DNA from: Podarcis vaucheri
Lineage: Eukaryota
Direction: 5' to 3' (one strand)
DNA length: 64,000 bases
Assembly: GCA_965113315.1 (NCBI GenBank)
Contig: OZ220365.1
The translations under genes and the position numbers were made by a program. How positions within the stretch are numbered: position 1 is the first letter of the stretch; every line of letters starts with the position of its first letter. Under the pieces are notes generated by a model that saw nothing but the letters and a program-made list of their open reading frames with translations, was not told the origin of the DNA and searched no databases. Shown piece after piece: positions 1 through 13,014 of the stretch.

Positions 1-23
1 GTAAGCCCCACCTCTCATTATTC

Positions 24-200
24 AGCCTTTCTCAATCTGTGGGTCCCCAGATGTTGTTGAACTGCAACTCCCATCGCCCCTATGTTTATTAAATAGTTTA
101 GTACAACATTTGATTCAGAATATTATTTTTTCTTGCTTTCCTCCTCTAAAAACTAGGTGCATCTTATGGTTGGGTGTGTCTTATAGAACGAAAAATATGG
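24..200. mobile_element. Right end of a Tc1/mariner (Tc2/pogo-like) non-autonomous element, preceded by a hAT-MITE-like fragment
   Basis: Ends in ...cttatagaacgaaaaatatgg followed by TA, similar to the terminus of the element at 20654-20961. Contains the ccagatgttgttgaactgcaactcccatc core shared with other MITEs here. Confidence 0.55.
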
Positions 201-1734
201 TAAGTGGCATGATTAGCACTTAGTTGTTCCAGACTGCCCATGACTGAACGCTCACTTAAAAAAAGCACCTTGATTTAAAAAGAAAATGAGACATCAGAGA
301 GAAAGGTTCTAGGGTAGCTCCTCTCACTGCTGTCCATCTTCTGAAGTGATGCCGTCCAATAAGTTTACCTCCATCTGCTCCTTTGTGCAGACCAGGCATG
401 GCGGAGCTACTTTCTCTTGACTGTTCATACTGTGGGTAACTGAATATGTTTCCCACTGGTAGCATCTGTCCAACTGCTGAAAGGCAGGTTTCGCATTATA
501 GGCACAAGCGCAGCCCAAACATATACAAAATGGGAAGAGAGGAACCATTTTTGGGGTGAATGGCAATGAAATAACCTTCTTGCGCACGGCAGCCACTGGA
601 GGACAGAGAAGCCATGGATAGAGAACAAGAAAGAGACAGATGGGGGCAATGTGATTCCAGGGTAAGCTGGCTTCCACTCAGAGCTTCAGTGAGATGCTTC
701 TGGGGTGATGTGTGTGCGCAAATGTGCAAACATAATGCAATTTGTGTTTGTTTTACTCCCAAACAGCATGGTAGTTCTGCTTCCCCCAGGCCTTTGATTT
801 ACAAGAAAACAAACATCTCTTTGCCTAACAAAGGCACAGGGAAAAAAATCCCCTTTGAAACAGTTTAATTTTACAGGCCCTGAAGCAATGTCAATAGAAA
901 GCCAGGAGCAAAAAATAAAAAATATATTAAAAAGGGGGAGAGAGAGAGAAATCCAAAGTAAAACAGAACACACAAATGAGCTCTCAGGTCTGTTTGAACA
1001 TGGTTACAAAGGGCAGTGTTCCAATTAACTGAAACTTACCTAATTAGTATTGCATCTAAATGTCTCCACTGTGGATTTTCTCACAACCTGCATGTTTAAA
1101 AACACAGGACAAATCCGCAGGTGTGGTATGATCACACTCCTGTTTTATAAATTATAGGCATACAGTTTCAGCATCTACCATGCTACTATGTAAAAACAGC
1201 ATTGATTTTTTTTTATTTACACACTTTTAAAACATTGTTTTCACATTTTGTTCAAACTGATGCACAGAGTACAGTAGATAAAACCAAGAATAGCCCCCCA
1301 CCACACACACACATTTAACAAACACAACTTCTAACAAAAACTATAAATGTTAAGACAGCGATGAAGAACTTGTGGCTATCTGTATGTCAAATATGCATCG
1401 CACACACACAACCTAGTGACTCTGGGGTCGGTTTGCCTCTAGTTTACTTAACACAGAGCAGTAGAGAAAGGCAGAAAATCAGGTATGATTATTCATTTAT
1501 TCCACATACTACTTAATTGTAATAAAAGTTCAAAGTGGTTTACAAATATGAGAAACTTCTTGTTGTGTTCTACACAGATTAAACTCACATAATTCAGTGC
1601 AGGGCAGCAAGGATTAACGATGCAATACTGAAATGTGCTTTGCCCCAGGTTAGTTCTATGTAGACCTGTTTAAAATAATGGCCATGACTAAATTCACTCC
1701 ATTAATTTCAACAGGTCTACTCTGAATATAACTT

Positions 1735-2028
1735 AAGCACCATCTATCATACCACTTTTAACAGTCATGGCTTTCCCCAAAGAATTTTGGTCACTGTGGT
1801 TTGTTAAAAGTGCTCCGAGTTGTTAGGAGACTCCTATACCCCTCAGAGCTACAATGCCCAGAGTGGGATGAAGTCAATCCCTTTCCCCAGGAAACTCTCG
1901 ATAATAGGGGACTAGAAGTTTCCTAACAACTCTCAGCACCCTTTAATTTTGATCAGGATTCTTTCAGGGAAGTCTTGGCTTTTTAAAGTGGTCTGATGGT
2001 GCTTTAAATGCATAGTGCGGATAGGGCC
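1735..2028. mobile_element. Degenerate palindromic MITE (PIF/Harbinger-like end)
   Basis: Imperfect inverted arms (accacttttaa/ttaaagtggt, gagttgttagga/tcctaacaactc). Ends ...ggatagggcc then TTA. Confidence 0.5.
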
Positions 2029-2545
2029 TTAGTTGGATACAAGCTAAAATCACTAGCAGTGGTATAGTGGAGGGAGAAAACAGGGGAGCACAGCTCCAGG
2101 GCTTCTTGCCCCCCAGAAGGATCAATGGCATCATCAGCCAGAGAACCAGGCTAATTGAGGAGTCCTTGCTCTGGCAAGCGAATAAAGTGCTAACAAGGCT
2201 TTCAAGTTTGCTTGTGGCAGGTAATCACTGGCAGTAAACAATGAAGAAAACAATACACCGAAAACTGTTTATTTTAGGGAGTTCGTACTTCCTGCTAACA
2301 GTTTAAACAGCAGCACTTCAAGCCTTGGTTTCTAATTCAGTTAAATCACAAAGGTTGCATTTCAGCCAGCTGAAGGTCTTTTGTTCAAGATCAGTGTGTT
2401 TTACAAGTTGAACCTGTCAGAAGCAAGCACCACCCAGTTCAATGGTGGAAACTATTCATAGGGTTACAACCACACTGATCCTAATAAATTGGCTTTTATG
2501 CCATGTATGTGTGCATATACACAAACTATGTGTGTGTATATGAAG

Positions 2546-2586
<41 letters not shown>

Positions 2587-2588
2587 TG
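2546..2588. repeat. Compound (CT)n(GT)n microsatellite
   Basis: Directly visible. Confidence 0.95.
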
Positions 2589-3681
2589 TAATAAAAGTCA
2601 TATGGATCATTTCATCTGCCTACATTTTTGGATTTTTCTTGGGGAAAGCCACTGCAAGCTCCTGCACTTTGGAACTGACCACTACTTCGCGGTATATCCC
2701 ACTGAATACAGTGGGACACTTGAATAAACATACATAGGTTCAGGCTAAGCAAAGGAGACTTGGAAATTTCACTAGTGTAGGCAGATGTGTAGAGGAAGCA
2801 CATCTATTTTACAGATGCTGAAAATACTGGACACTAAATTCTGCTGAAAGTGAGAAGAGGGTTGCTGAACTTCTAAAAACCCAAAGGATTGCAGCAGTTT
2901 GTTTGCGGCATTTGGCTTCCTCCTTCACATTATGGGGGTCCGATGTGCACACCTCCCGCCACAAGTCTGCAATGTGATTTATTTTCTGCATGCGTAAAGC
3001 CCTACTGTAAGTATGCAATCTTGACATCCAATTCAGTTTACATCAAGGAATGAGAGCTACCTTCTCAGTGCATCTGAAAAATTCTTTTGTTCTACTGAAT
3101 GCATAGAGAAAACTCCCACCACAAAGCACACAACTTTCTTCAAGGATTACATTGCTTTGAATTAGGTGTATGATCTGTCAAAGTGATGCCTTCCTTGCAA
3201 TATATAGCAATAACATTCTGGAGTAGGAAATAGTAGTATCAAAACCAGAAAACTATTCAGCAAAAATTAATTCCCATTCAATACAAAACACAACATCTGT
3301 TTTGGTTCAAGCATTTTGTTCTGATTTCATTTGTATTTAAATGACATTTTAGACTTAGGCAATCCCCCCCTCCAAAGTCGAACACTGAAGACTGCAGTCT
3401 CCTATTACAGTTCTTAGCTCAAGACTGTACACCATTGCTGCACTTGGTCTTGTAGACAGTCATAAAACATTGATTTTCATGATTCAGAGCATGTTCAGTG
3501 ATGTAAATTGCGCATCCACGTCTTTTGTCCTGGTTTCTTAGTGACGGGTGTTATGTCTTCTAGTTGGACAACAAAGTAAAGTATAGCAGTTTCACACAGC
3601 AGGAGGTACAAGTTTAGCAATGGGAGTACTTAGGCTACAGTTCTCTCAAGATGTGAATATGCAGAAGATTAAGGCCCAGCT

Positions 3682-3787
3682 AAAGAACATAATAAGTGTT
3701 CTGCTGGATAAGGCCAAGGCCTACCTAGTCCAGTGTTCTGTTCATACAATGACCAACCAGATGCCTATAGGGAGCCCACAAACAGGG
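3682..3787 (-). mobile_element. CR1 LINE 3'-end fragment
   Basis: aagaacataa...ctgctggataaggcc...ctagtccag...ccaaccagatgcc is the reverse complement of the CR1 3'UTR also seen at 52715-52825. Confidence 0.65.
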
Positions 3788-3850
3788 CTTAAGGTGGAAA
3801 TGAGTTGTGGGTACAACATTTAAAACATGCATCAGGCCATGCGTGTAAAA

Positions 3851-3979
3851 CAGAATGGAGAAACTGTGGGCCTTCACATGTTGCTAGACTACATCGCACA
3901 TCATCCCTGACTATTGGCAATAATGGTTGGGGCAGATGGAGTCCAGCAACACCTGGAGGGTCCAGTTTCACCGCCCCTG
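3851..3979. mobile_element. hAT-type palindromic MITE
   Basis: CAG...CTG ends. 8-bp TSD gtgtaaaa (3843-3850) / gtgtataa (3980-3987). Confidence 0.7.
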
Positions 3980-4422
3980 GTGTATAATTTTAGTATGCCA
4001 GTGACACGCAACCTGGAAAGATCCCCTGTTGCCATGCTAATGATGTGCATGTGGGCCGGCACACATTGCAAATGCATTTAATGAAACAAGCGCCTTGGGA
4101 AATTATCTTATGGGCAGGTGCTCTACAAACCGCCCTGCATCAAGTTTACAAATCAGGCTTTGACACAGGTAAATTGACAGTTAAGCAGGGGGTTTACATG
4201 GAAAACCTTGAAACAGAATAGCTTCCTTACTCATTATTTTCCAACAATTATAAAAATGCTCTGTCAGAATGGGTGCAATGCTCTACAAAATTCACTCTTG
4301 GATAGAATGTGTGACTCATAAAAAGAGCTTTGAAAGCTAGCCATATTTTTATCTCTCAGAGTAGTTAACCCAGTACTGGCGAGACAAAATTAATAAATCA
4401 GAACTTCTTCTTAGATTATATA

Positions 4423-4615
4423 CAGTGGTACCTTGGGTTACAGATGCTTCAGGTTACAGACTCTGCTAACCCAGAAATAATACCTCGGGTTAAGAACTTT
4501 GCCGTGGCGGCGGTGGGAGGCCCCATTATCTAAAGTGGTACCTCAGGTTAAGAACAGTTTCAGGTTAAGAACAGACCTCCAGAACAAATTAAGTTCTTAA
4601 TCCGAGGTACCACTG
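4423..4615. mobile_element. Tc1/mariner (Tigger/pogo-like) MITE, internally deleted copy
   Basis: TIR cagtggtacct/aggtaccactg with TA on both sides. Same family as 27125-27350. Confidence 0.85.
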
Positions 4616-6419
4616 TATATGGTAGCTAATGGTAGATCTGGACAGTTTTGCATCAAATGTGATCTCAATTTTTGCAAGCTATGGCTCATTGATTTATCTA
4701 TAGGGGTTCAGTCCATGAACTCTGCAACCAATGCTTCTTGGACCAACGATGAAAACTCAAAAATTGTTAAGATTCCTGTAGCTGAATTGATATCAACTTA
4801 GGTTCAGCTTGATTGTCAATACGTGACACCTCCAAAAGTCAATGCACCCTGGGAAGTAATTTGTCCTTATCCATCCTAAATTTCAGTTGTACAGAAAGCA
4901 AAATTGTTTGCAAAATGCAACCTTCTTCAGCCATTTCAGGAGGGAGAATCCTAACCACAAAAGACAGAAATAACTCGAACATGTGCAATTGTAGTTCATT
5001 TGTATAGCTGTACAATTATTATTTTTGATGAAAATATGAGCAGGGAAACCTTCATGAAGGTAGGCAGACACTGGTGAGGCACTACAAAGATATATAAGGG
5101 TTTCCAAAAGGCTATGGTTACCACATAGTAGCTAACAAGCTTAACATCTTACGAAACTGAAGCTGTTTTTAAATAAATAAATGCTATATCTAGGATTAGC
5201 TCCCTTTTCACTTTGCATGACAAGTGCATACCTTGAATGTGTGTGTTTCCTGTAACAGAAGTCAGACCAATTTTTTAAAAAGGCATATTTCTTATTGAGA
5301 CCAGCAAAGTCTAGAAAAGTGACTTAAAAATATGTTGGGGGAATTTCAAATTGGTGTATTTCAGCATATGGACCAAGGGGCCCTCAAGCTGCCTAATGAA
5401 CATCCATTTAAATCTGCTTTAGCGGAACACAGCACACAGGCAGAAACAGCCAAGTTTAAGTTAACTGCCTAACCTCAGAAGTTACACGTTTTGATATGTA
5501 GTGTTTTGGTAAACATATCAAAGCACTAAAACCAAAGTTTTCAAAAAAAATGAACAGATATGGAGAAGAAAGAATGAAATTAGTTGAATATGCAGGATTC
5601 TTCTGAAAATTTTGATTTCCTCTGTGGAATTCAACTAATAAATCCCTGAAAAACCTCAGACTATACTGTTTCTAAATGGAAAAAAGCTACAGATACACAC
5701 CTCTGTGTAAGAGTAAAGATGTGTGTGCCTCCTTTTAAAAGGAACATTTCAAAATTTAAATAAGAAATCAAAGGAATTAAGTTGGGTAGTACCAGAGTCT
5801 GCACTCCTGTCCAACAAATTGCACTTTCATTCAAATAACTGCACATTTTAAGATCTCCGACAGTCAAGGACTTATTTTTTTGTGGAAGATTGTGCAATTC
5901 AGTCACACCCTCATTTAATAACCACGAAAGCTGGATTCCGGGCATGGGCTGAAATTGCAGGTGAAGAAACTGTTAAAATGAATGGAAGAACATCTGCTAC
6001 AGAAGACCCAATGGCTTTTTATGCCAAAGCAGTGATGGCAGTGTGTAGATAACTCAGCATGTTTTTGGCTCCTGGAACTAACTAATTTTAGGAGTGCTTG
6101 ACACTCTTAAGATTACTTTTTACAGAGTGCAAAATGCCCAAGTTAAAACTGGTTACCTGCTTCAGCATCATTTATTCTTATGGGAAGAATAATATTCTTA
6201 TAGAAGAGAGTTAAATATCTAATTTTGTGCTCCATGTTTGTCAATCTGAAGTGGATGCCCCAATACAGCAGATGAAAATGATTGGTCTTGAAGCGTGTGG
6301 AATAGCAATGAGACCCCTGTCACCTCTTCCCCACCTCTACACCCCATGCAATCACTTTGAAAAAATTACCAAGCCATAAATGGGGATTGCACTGATAAGT
6401 AGCAATACCTATTGCAAAA

Positions 6420-8835
6420 CTCAGAGAGGAATTCAAAGTTTAATCTGATCTGTTTAATGGTTTTGTTTCTTTTAAGCAGGAGGAAAAAGAATTACAATCC
6501 TTTTAATATTTTCACAATGTTAAACTAAAACTGAGCTCTAGGCTACATGTGTAAGTAAATCTAGAACACAAAAAAGGGTTAAATAAGATTTTCTTTAAAG
6601 ATACAAGAACTGAAGCTTTCTTTACGTTTAACAAACTTCACAGAACAGATACTGCAAAGGAACAACCCCCACACTTTTTTTTTAAAGTGAACATTGTCCA
6701 TAATCCACATGAACTTTGAGTAGTGTTTGCTCGAGAGCCACCTTGAAACCAACTGTGCACTTGTAACAGGGCTAAAGAAAGGGTTAACAAGGGAAAAATA
6801 GCATCTTCGTTATTAATCTGCAAAAGTCTTGTGTATCAATCAGAATGTCCATCAAATGCTATGCTAGGATTTTAGAAGGGAAGAAAGTGCATAGCGCGGC
6901 AGCAGCTGAAGTCCATGGTTTTTTTTTTAAACTCTTCATGGCAAATGCAAAGAAAATTGTCTCGTTTTCCCCCTCACGCCGATGGAAAGGGAATACTTCC
7001 TTAGGAAACAGAGAATGCAGCTGGAAATTCCATTGCCGATTTCAAAGCCTTGAGTACAACACAGAATGGCTTCTCCATATTGAACTTTAGAATGTTGGAA
7101 TATCTCAGATTTACTTCATTACAATTTGCAATACAGGCCCAGTCTCCATCACTGGCCTGAGTGGGTACCAGAGTAAATACAATTCAGCCTGTAAACCAGC
7201 AATTTACCGTCAGCACAAATGGAATAGTCGGTGCCTCATCTAAACTACTATACCCCACAAAACCATTTTTTTAAGAGTGACATCAGGGTAATTCACTCTT
7301 TGGGTGCCTTAAATTTAACCTTTTTGTGAAAGCATAAGACAACACAACCTCCCCCTTCCTCCAGCAGCCCTCCCTCCCATTCCCAACTAAATACCTAATT
7401 CCAAATTGCTAGTGGAGCTTTTAAAACCGGTTTGGGGAGCAAAGACTCCACATAGGGCCACCACCATTAAATAATTCTTCTTTCTTACAGAATCTTTGCC
7501 AGTAGCTGGAGGCAAACAGACACTGCCATTTTCTCACCACTGCACGCTAAGGATGGTGCAGTTTGGCTCAATGAGATAAGACAGACCACAATACAGAACT
7601 GGAGCGTTAAAGAACAAATCTGGAGAGTCCCAATTCTAAGCAATGCATTTCATCATCATTTGCTTTGCCACAGGTGATGGGCAGAGGCCTTCACTGAGAG
7701 CTGCATAGTCACAAGGCTGGAACAGCCCATTTGATTATCTCCTTAACACCACGGGAAGTGAGGCATACAAACTCAATTCAATACGGGGTGATTTTCCTGG
7801 TTGTTCCCCCAATATTGTTACTGAATTCTGTTTGCTACAAAATGTCCTTTACCCCCTCAATATAAGTCTAACTACAGAAAGTCAGTCTGTAGGATCCGGC
7901 CATGGCTACTGTGCTGTGAAATTAGCCTTATTTGATCAATTAACAGATACCTGCACTTAGCAAAAGGCAAACAAGAGCCAATCGGGTTTTGGCCGATGGG
8001 AAAACAGTCACAATGGTTGGCATGTGGAATCCAAACACACTGCTTCAGAAATGTTGTCGATGCTGCGTAGAAAACTGCACACCGCTTACTGCTTGTTCCA
8101 GGAATGGAGCTAATTTTAAAGCAATATCATCACCATCCTCCACCTAAGTGAAGAAACAGTTTCCCTGTAATGTGTTTGATAAAAAAAGTTGTCGTAAGAA
8201 TCTGTCCCCTTCTTTTTGACTTCCCGGAAAATGTTCCCACCCAGAGAGATTCCCTGATGATGGTGATGCTACCTAACCTCAGAAGACACACGTGAAGATG
8301 GAACGAGCAACCATTTAGGTCTTCTAGGTTCAGCAGCTACACTGCCAGCTCTAAGCAGAGTTTCACCCCTTCAAGGTTAGCTAGAAGTGAGGATAAGAAA
8401 ACCAGGCTATTAAGGGTACTTTCTTCCAGACAGGTGTGCACATTGCAGTCTTTTACATCAGTTTCTACTCAGCTGCTGGAAGCTTACCAGCATAAGGCTT
8501 TTTTTTCTTTTTTTAAGAGCTTGACTCCTGCAATAATAGAAGCCTTTAGAATTCTGTTAAAATCCACTAGCCATGCTCAAAAATATTTCTTCATGGTTTT
8601 TGTTTTTTCGTTTTTAATATGGTGGCTAGTAGGCACCTTAACAACCAGCCAGAAATCAATGTCAATCACCATTAACCCCTAAACTACAGTACCAGGATGG
8701 TTGGCTAAAGAAAGGAAATTGATTGGCTGTAGTCTGAAACTTGCCCAGTACAAGGTGTCTGGCTGACTTTGTCCTAAATAAGGCTAACATTAGTGAACTA
8801 AGAGAACGGCATTTGGTTGTAGAGAGTCTTGCAAC
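6420..8835 (-). other. ZFAND3: Probable ZFAND3 3'UTR
   Basis: Directly follows the stop codon, lacks recognisable TEs, is U-rich on the minus strand, and ends in a cluster of ATTAAA hexamers. The 3' boundary is inferred. Confidence 0.6.
6439..6507 (-). terminator. Candidate polyadenylation signal cluster (three ATTAAA on the minus strand)
   Basis: Plus-strand tttaat at 6439-6444, 6453-6458 and 6502-6507. Confidence 0.5.
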
Positions 8836-8990
8836 TCAGGAGCAGCCCTCGCCAATGCGCTGGCATGACCGCCCCACTTTCCGGTCCAGTTTCACCATTT
8901 TCATAATGGCTTCTTCACGCCCACGTCCCATGTGGTCAAATGTGCAATCGTGCTGTTCAGGCAGGCGATGCAACATACAGAACACGTAAC
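8836..8990 (-). CDS. ZFAND3: ZFAND3 last coding exon 6 ([51 protein letters not shown]-stop)
   Basis: C-terminus matches ZFAND3 and completes the AN1 motif C-x2-C-x13-C-x-C-x4-C-x2-H-x5-H-x-C. Long pyrimidine tract plus ttgcag|GT acceptor. TGA at 8836-8838. Confidence 0.98.
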
Positions 8991-9276
8991 CTGCAAGGAC
9001 AAAAGTGGGGGAAGGAGAAAGAGAAAGAGAAAAATGAGAACACAGCATTAAAACCCAGAATTCTATAGAGCAACAAGACCGCAACATCTAGGGTTGCAGT
9101 TCACAAACTGGGCTCCACACAAATAAATGAATTAATTAACAGTCAAATCCTCCTGTGAGCTCACACTTGGAGACAGCTGTCTGTTGCATCTCCACACGAT
9201 TCATTGCTTTAGCTTTCTAGTCAGCTTCTGTTGGGGCTGACCACTTTGCTGCATCAAGTGCAAAAAATATTGCTAA

Positions 9277-9637
9277 GGGCTAAACTGACATGATTGCATT
9301 TGCACAATTAGCAATTTTATAAATTACAGGCATGGGGAAGGCTGTTTTAGACTGGGATCCTGGCATAGAACATAGAGAGACTTTATCCTGCTTTGCCTAG
9401 ATCAGCCTCACTGAGCCTATTATTTGTACTGGAAAGAACCTACCTGTTTGCTCTAATGGGAACTTTGTGCCCTAAAGCAAGCAGCAGGTGTGGGATTCCT
9501 GTCCCAGATTGGGACTGAAGCATGGGGAAAGGGTTAAAGCCCCCTCCCTGTCAGGGTATCGGCCCAGATTGGGGCCTCTGCACCTTCAATTTACGTCATC
9601 CATGAAATGGCTAATGGCATCTCATCTAGTTTGGCCC
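9277..9637. mobile_element. Old PIF/Harbinger-like MITE
   Basis: Termini gggctaaact / agtttggccc flanked by TAA / TGA (TNA-type target). Confidence 0.55.
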
Positions 9638-12600
9638 TGACTCACTCCTGACAGAGAACCTCTGAAGAACAGTGATTTGTGCAGGGACAAGATGAGAAGG
9701 AATGCTATTCATACTCCGACACAGCCTGCCATTAAACCTTTACAAAGAGTGAAGGGAGTCTCTGTTATCAGAAGTGAGAAACTAGGATATAAAGCTGTTC
9801 ATTTTTCTAATTGGGAAATGAGCCTCAGAGAGCAGGACTTCTCCGAAGTGATTTTCAAACTGCCATATATGCCTTAGAACCATCCGTAAAATTATACAAC
9901 CAAAACGAGAATGAATATTGTTTACATACAACATTTTCTTGTGCCTTTTGCATCAAGTCCACTGTTCACACACATAAATTATGACTGATCACATCATAAG
10001 GAAGCTCCATTCTGCCTTCCACACTAGATCTAGTTTTTTTTACTAAGGAGATAAATCTGTGCTTGAGCTGAACTGTACCCACTTCAGATTGCAGGTAGGT
10101 GCTCTTAAAAAGCAAAACAACACCCACGTAGAAAACTAGATGATTGGACTATGTGAGATTTATGTGAGAGAACACAGACCTTTGGGTACCAATATAGTTG
10201 TTGGACCTCAATCAGTAACGTAGCAACTGTGTTTCTGAGAAGTCTTCAAAGGCTGTCCCACATTGTTGTTGTATTGTTGTATTGTCCCATGCATTGTTGT
10301 AGTCTTGACTTGAAGATTACTAGAGCACGGTGAGCATAGCCAGGCTAGTAAACCAAGCTAGACAAAATGTGGGAGTTCATAGTCAGTTCTACTGATATCT
10401 TCTCTTCCCCCCCTCAAAGGCAGCCATTTGGGTAAACTGTGAGACCACAGTGCGAGTAGGGGAGTTTTTCCTGATCCAAACAGCGCCCCCAGCTGCTTTT
10501 CACAAGCCTGCTGGTGGCCAGTTGCCACTGTGATAATGAATTGAATATCGGCTTCGCCATGTCACACTGCAAGTGAGTGCCTCACATGACTGAGTGTTTC
10601 TCCACACAAAAATCTCCACGTAGGAATGTTGCAGCATGAGAATAGCAACACTGAAGGAAGGGTAAGCTGTACATTAAAAATAATGTAACTATCTGTAATT
10701 AGAATGAATATGATTACAATAAAACTGTTTGTGAGAAGTGCTAGAGTAATTCCTGCTTCACTGCCTAAAGTGAAAGAAAACCCTCCCCAAACACAGCCTT
10801 AGGGCAGGAATCTTTAAATTTCCAAAAATTAATACAAGGGTTTTTACTACACACACAATTAATTTGGAACACAGACTCCCATAAGTATTCAGTGACCGCA
10901 GTGGCAACATTTAAAGGAAATATTCCTGGTTTTTATGGGCTTGGGAGCAGAGCCAATAATCTCATCTAAAATCAGGACACTTGACATTTTAAATTTAGCC
11001 CTGGCTTCATGCAAACGTTGCTGGTTGTCAACTTTATTTCTGAGTGAAAGGGCACAAGAGTTCAAATCACCCATAATCTGCAGCTCATGTCACGATTCAA
11101 ATTTAAATAAAACATTTGTTTCTTTACAGATAACTCATTTGGAGCCACTTCAAAACTAACCTTAATAATGACACAGTTATTCCTGTACAGAATTCCACTC
11201 AAGTTCTTGTCACCTTCACCTCTCTCATGAAATTTTACACTTCCTACTGATTTGAAATTCTAATCGACAAAGGCTAATGCTTCACCTAAAAATACCTAGA
11301 AACTTTCAAAACTGAAGGCACTGCAATAGTTTTGTGCCACTGTGATGTATTATTCAGGAATGTATGCTTCAGTGCAGCATTCTTGGAACACAGAAGTCTT
11401 TGCATACCTTCAAAATCCCAGAACAGAGGTGCAAATCCAAGAACATTGGCATTCTTGGATGTGGGAGCTGCAGCAAAATGCTGCAGTGTGGAGTCTATGT
11501 TCAAGATTCCATTCCTTCTCACCCACTATTTTCCATCCCTTGACTAACAGCAGGCAGTTGGTGGCCACTGAGTACCCAGTTGACTTTGGGCTGTATTTGC
11601 AATTCCCCCTTAGGATTCCCCTCCCCTAAAGATTTTTTCATACCTCAGTCTTTTTCCCCATACCTCATATCACCCTCCTGTGTGAGTGGAGTTGCTTGGC
11701 TACATAAGCAATGGCACTCACAGCCTCAATAGATGGAAACAGAGGATATATGTATTCTTTGGGTTTGCTCATTCTGGAATTCTGCTCCTTCCTATTTAAG
11801 CATGGAGGAATTTTCTGCAATCAGCAGTTTGCAGCAGCTTTTCTTCTTTCCATTTGTTCTTCTACTTTTCTCCCTTACATAACTGATGCACACAAGTGAT
11901 CAGTGAAACAGTACAGCATGTTTCAGACAAGCTCATCCAGATTCCCTTTTGCACCATGTTTTATCAACTTGTACAAGCACTTGTGTATATCCGAAAGGAA
12001 GAAAAGGGGGAAATGATCCGAATGAACAAAATGAAATTAAAGCTTTGGCAAGCTGCATGTGTAGTGGTATCTACATCGTCCAGACAGGAGAAGGAAAGAA
12101 TATCGGCATCCTAGGCTTTGATCCTGCTCCACAAATAAGACTAGGCAATTTGAAGCATCAACATTAAGATATTCAGGTGGGGAGAAATTTGTAAGCATCC
12201 ATCATTTAAACAGAGATATGCGCAAACATTAAGGCAAATGACAGCCATTCTGATTAACGACCATTCATGCAATGGTATGTCAGTGTTTCTCCGAATTTCT
12301 GATAATTTATTTTCTGGATTAGAAATGAAAGTGTACTCTCCTGCCATCATTCACAAGGTTTATGTTTAGAATAAGAATTATCTGCCTTCACAGAAACAAT
12401 CCCTTGTGTTTGTGCACATGTCTCTTCTTTTGAAAAGGACCAGACAAGATTGGTAACTCATGCAGAGAGACAATGGGCAGCCGCCGCTGGGGGCAAGGCA
12501 TTATTAGGAGGGACTGAATAATCCAATCAGAGCCAGTGTTGAAACACGGCCTATTGGGAAGAGGCAAAAACAGTGTATAGCAGAAAATCATATGAAGAAT

Positions 12601-13014
12601 CTCTGTGGGTAGAGTATGGATTCATAAAAGTTTTAATCCATTTATTCCTCATAGCATATTCCCATGACACATGAGGATATAGAGTTCACAGAAAGTGACT
12701 GTTTCCGGCAGTAATTTACAATCTGAGTAGAACAACTGTCCACTCCGCAGTAGAAAAATGTAACACTTTGCACCAACGACTTTTGTAGAACTGGTCATGA
12801 GTGTTTAACTGAGATATTTCTTCTTCTTTTTAAAAAAACTCCTTCCCTTCAACCCAGCTATTCAGACCTCTCCTGGCAGCCATGGAAGCTGGTTAGCGTA
12901 AGCAGCTTCAAACAACTGAGCCAGAATTTAAAACAAGTCAATTTAAGTGCCTCCCAAATGAGAGGTTATGATTTGGTATGATTAATTTTGAAGCATGTGA
13001 GGAGTTGCTCACAA

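Noticed and set aside
4840-4975. Strong-looking minus-strand acceptor at 4950 followed by a short frame (ILPPEMAEEG...)
   Set aside because: Stops after ~36 codons, with no recognisable homology or matching donor.
1-6400. BTBD9 terminal exon expected from synteny
   Set aside because: No BTBD9-like coding sequence recognised, and a plus-strand UTR cannot be supported from sequence alone.
7304-8348. miR-124 (gtgcctta) and miR-34 (cactgcca) site words
   Set aside because: They are on the plus strand, antisense to the ZFAND3 mRNA.
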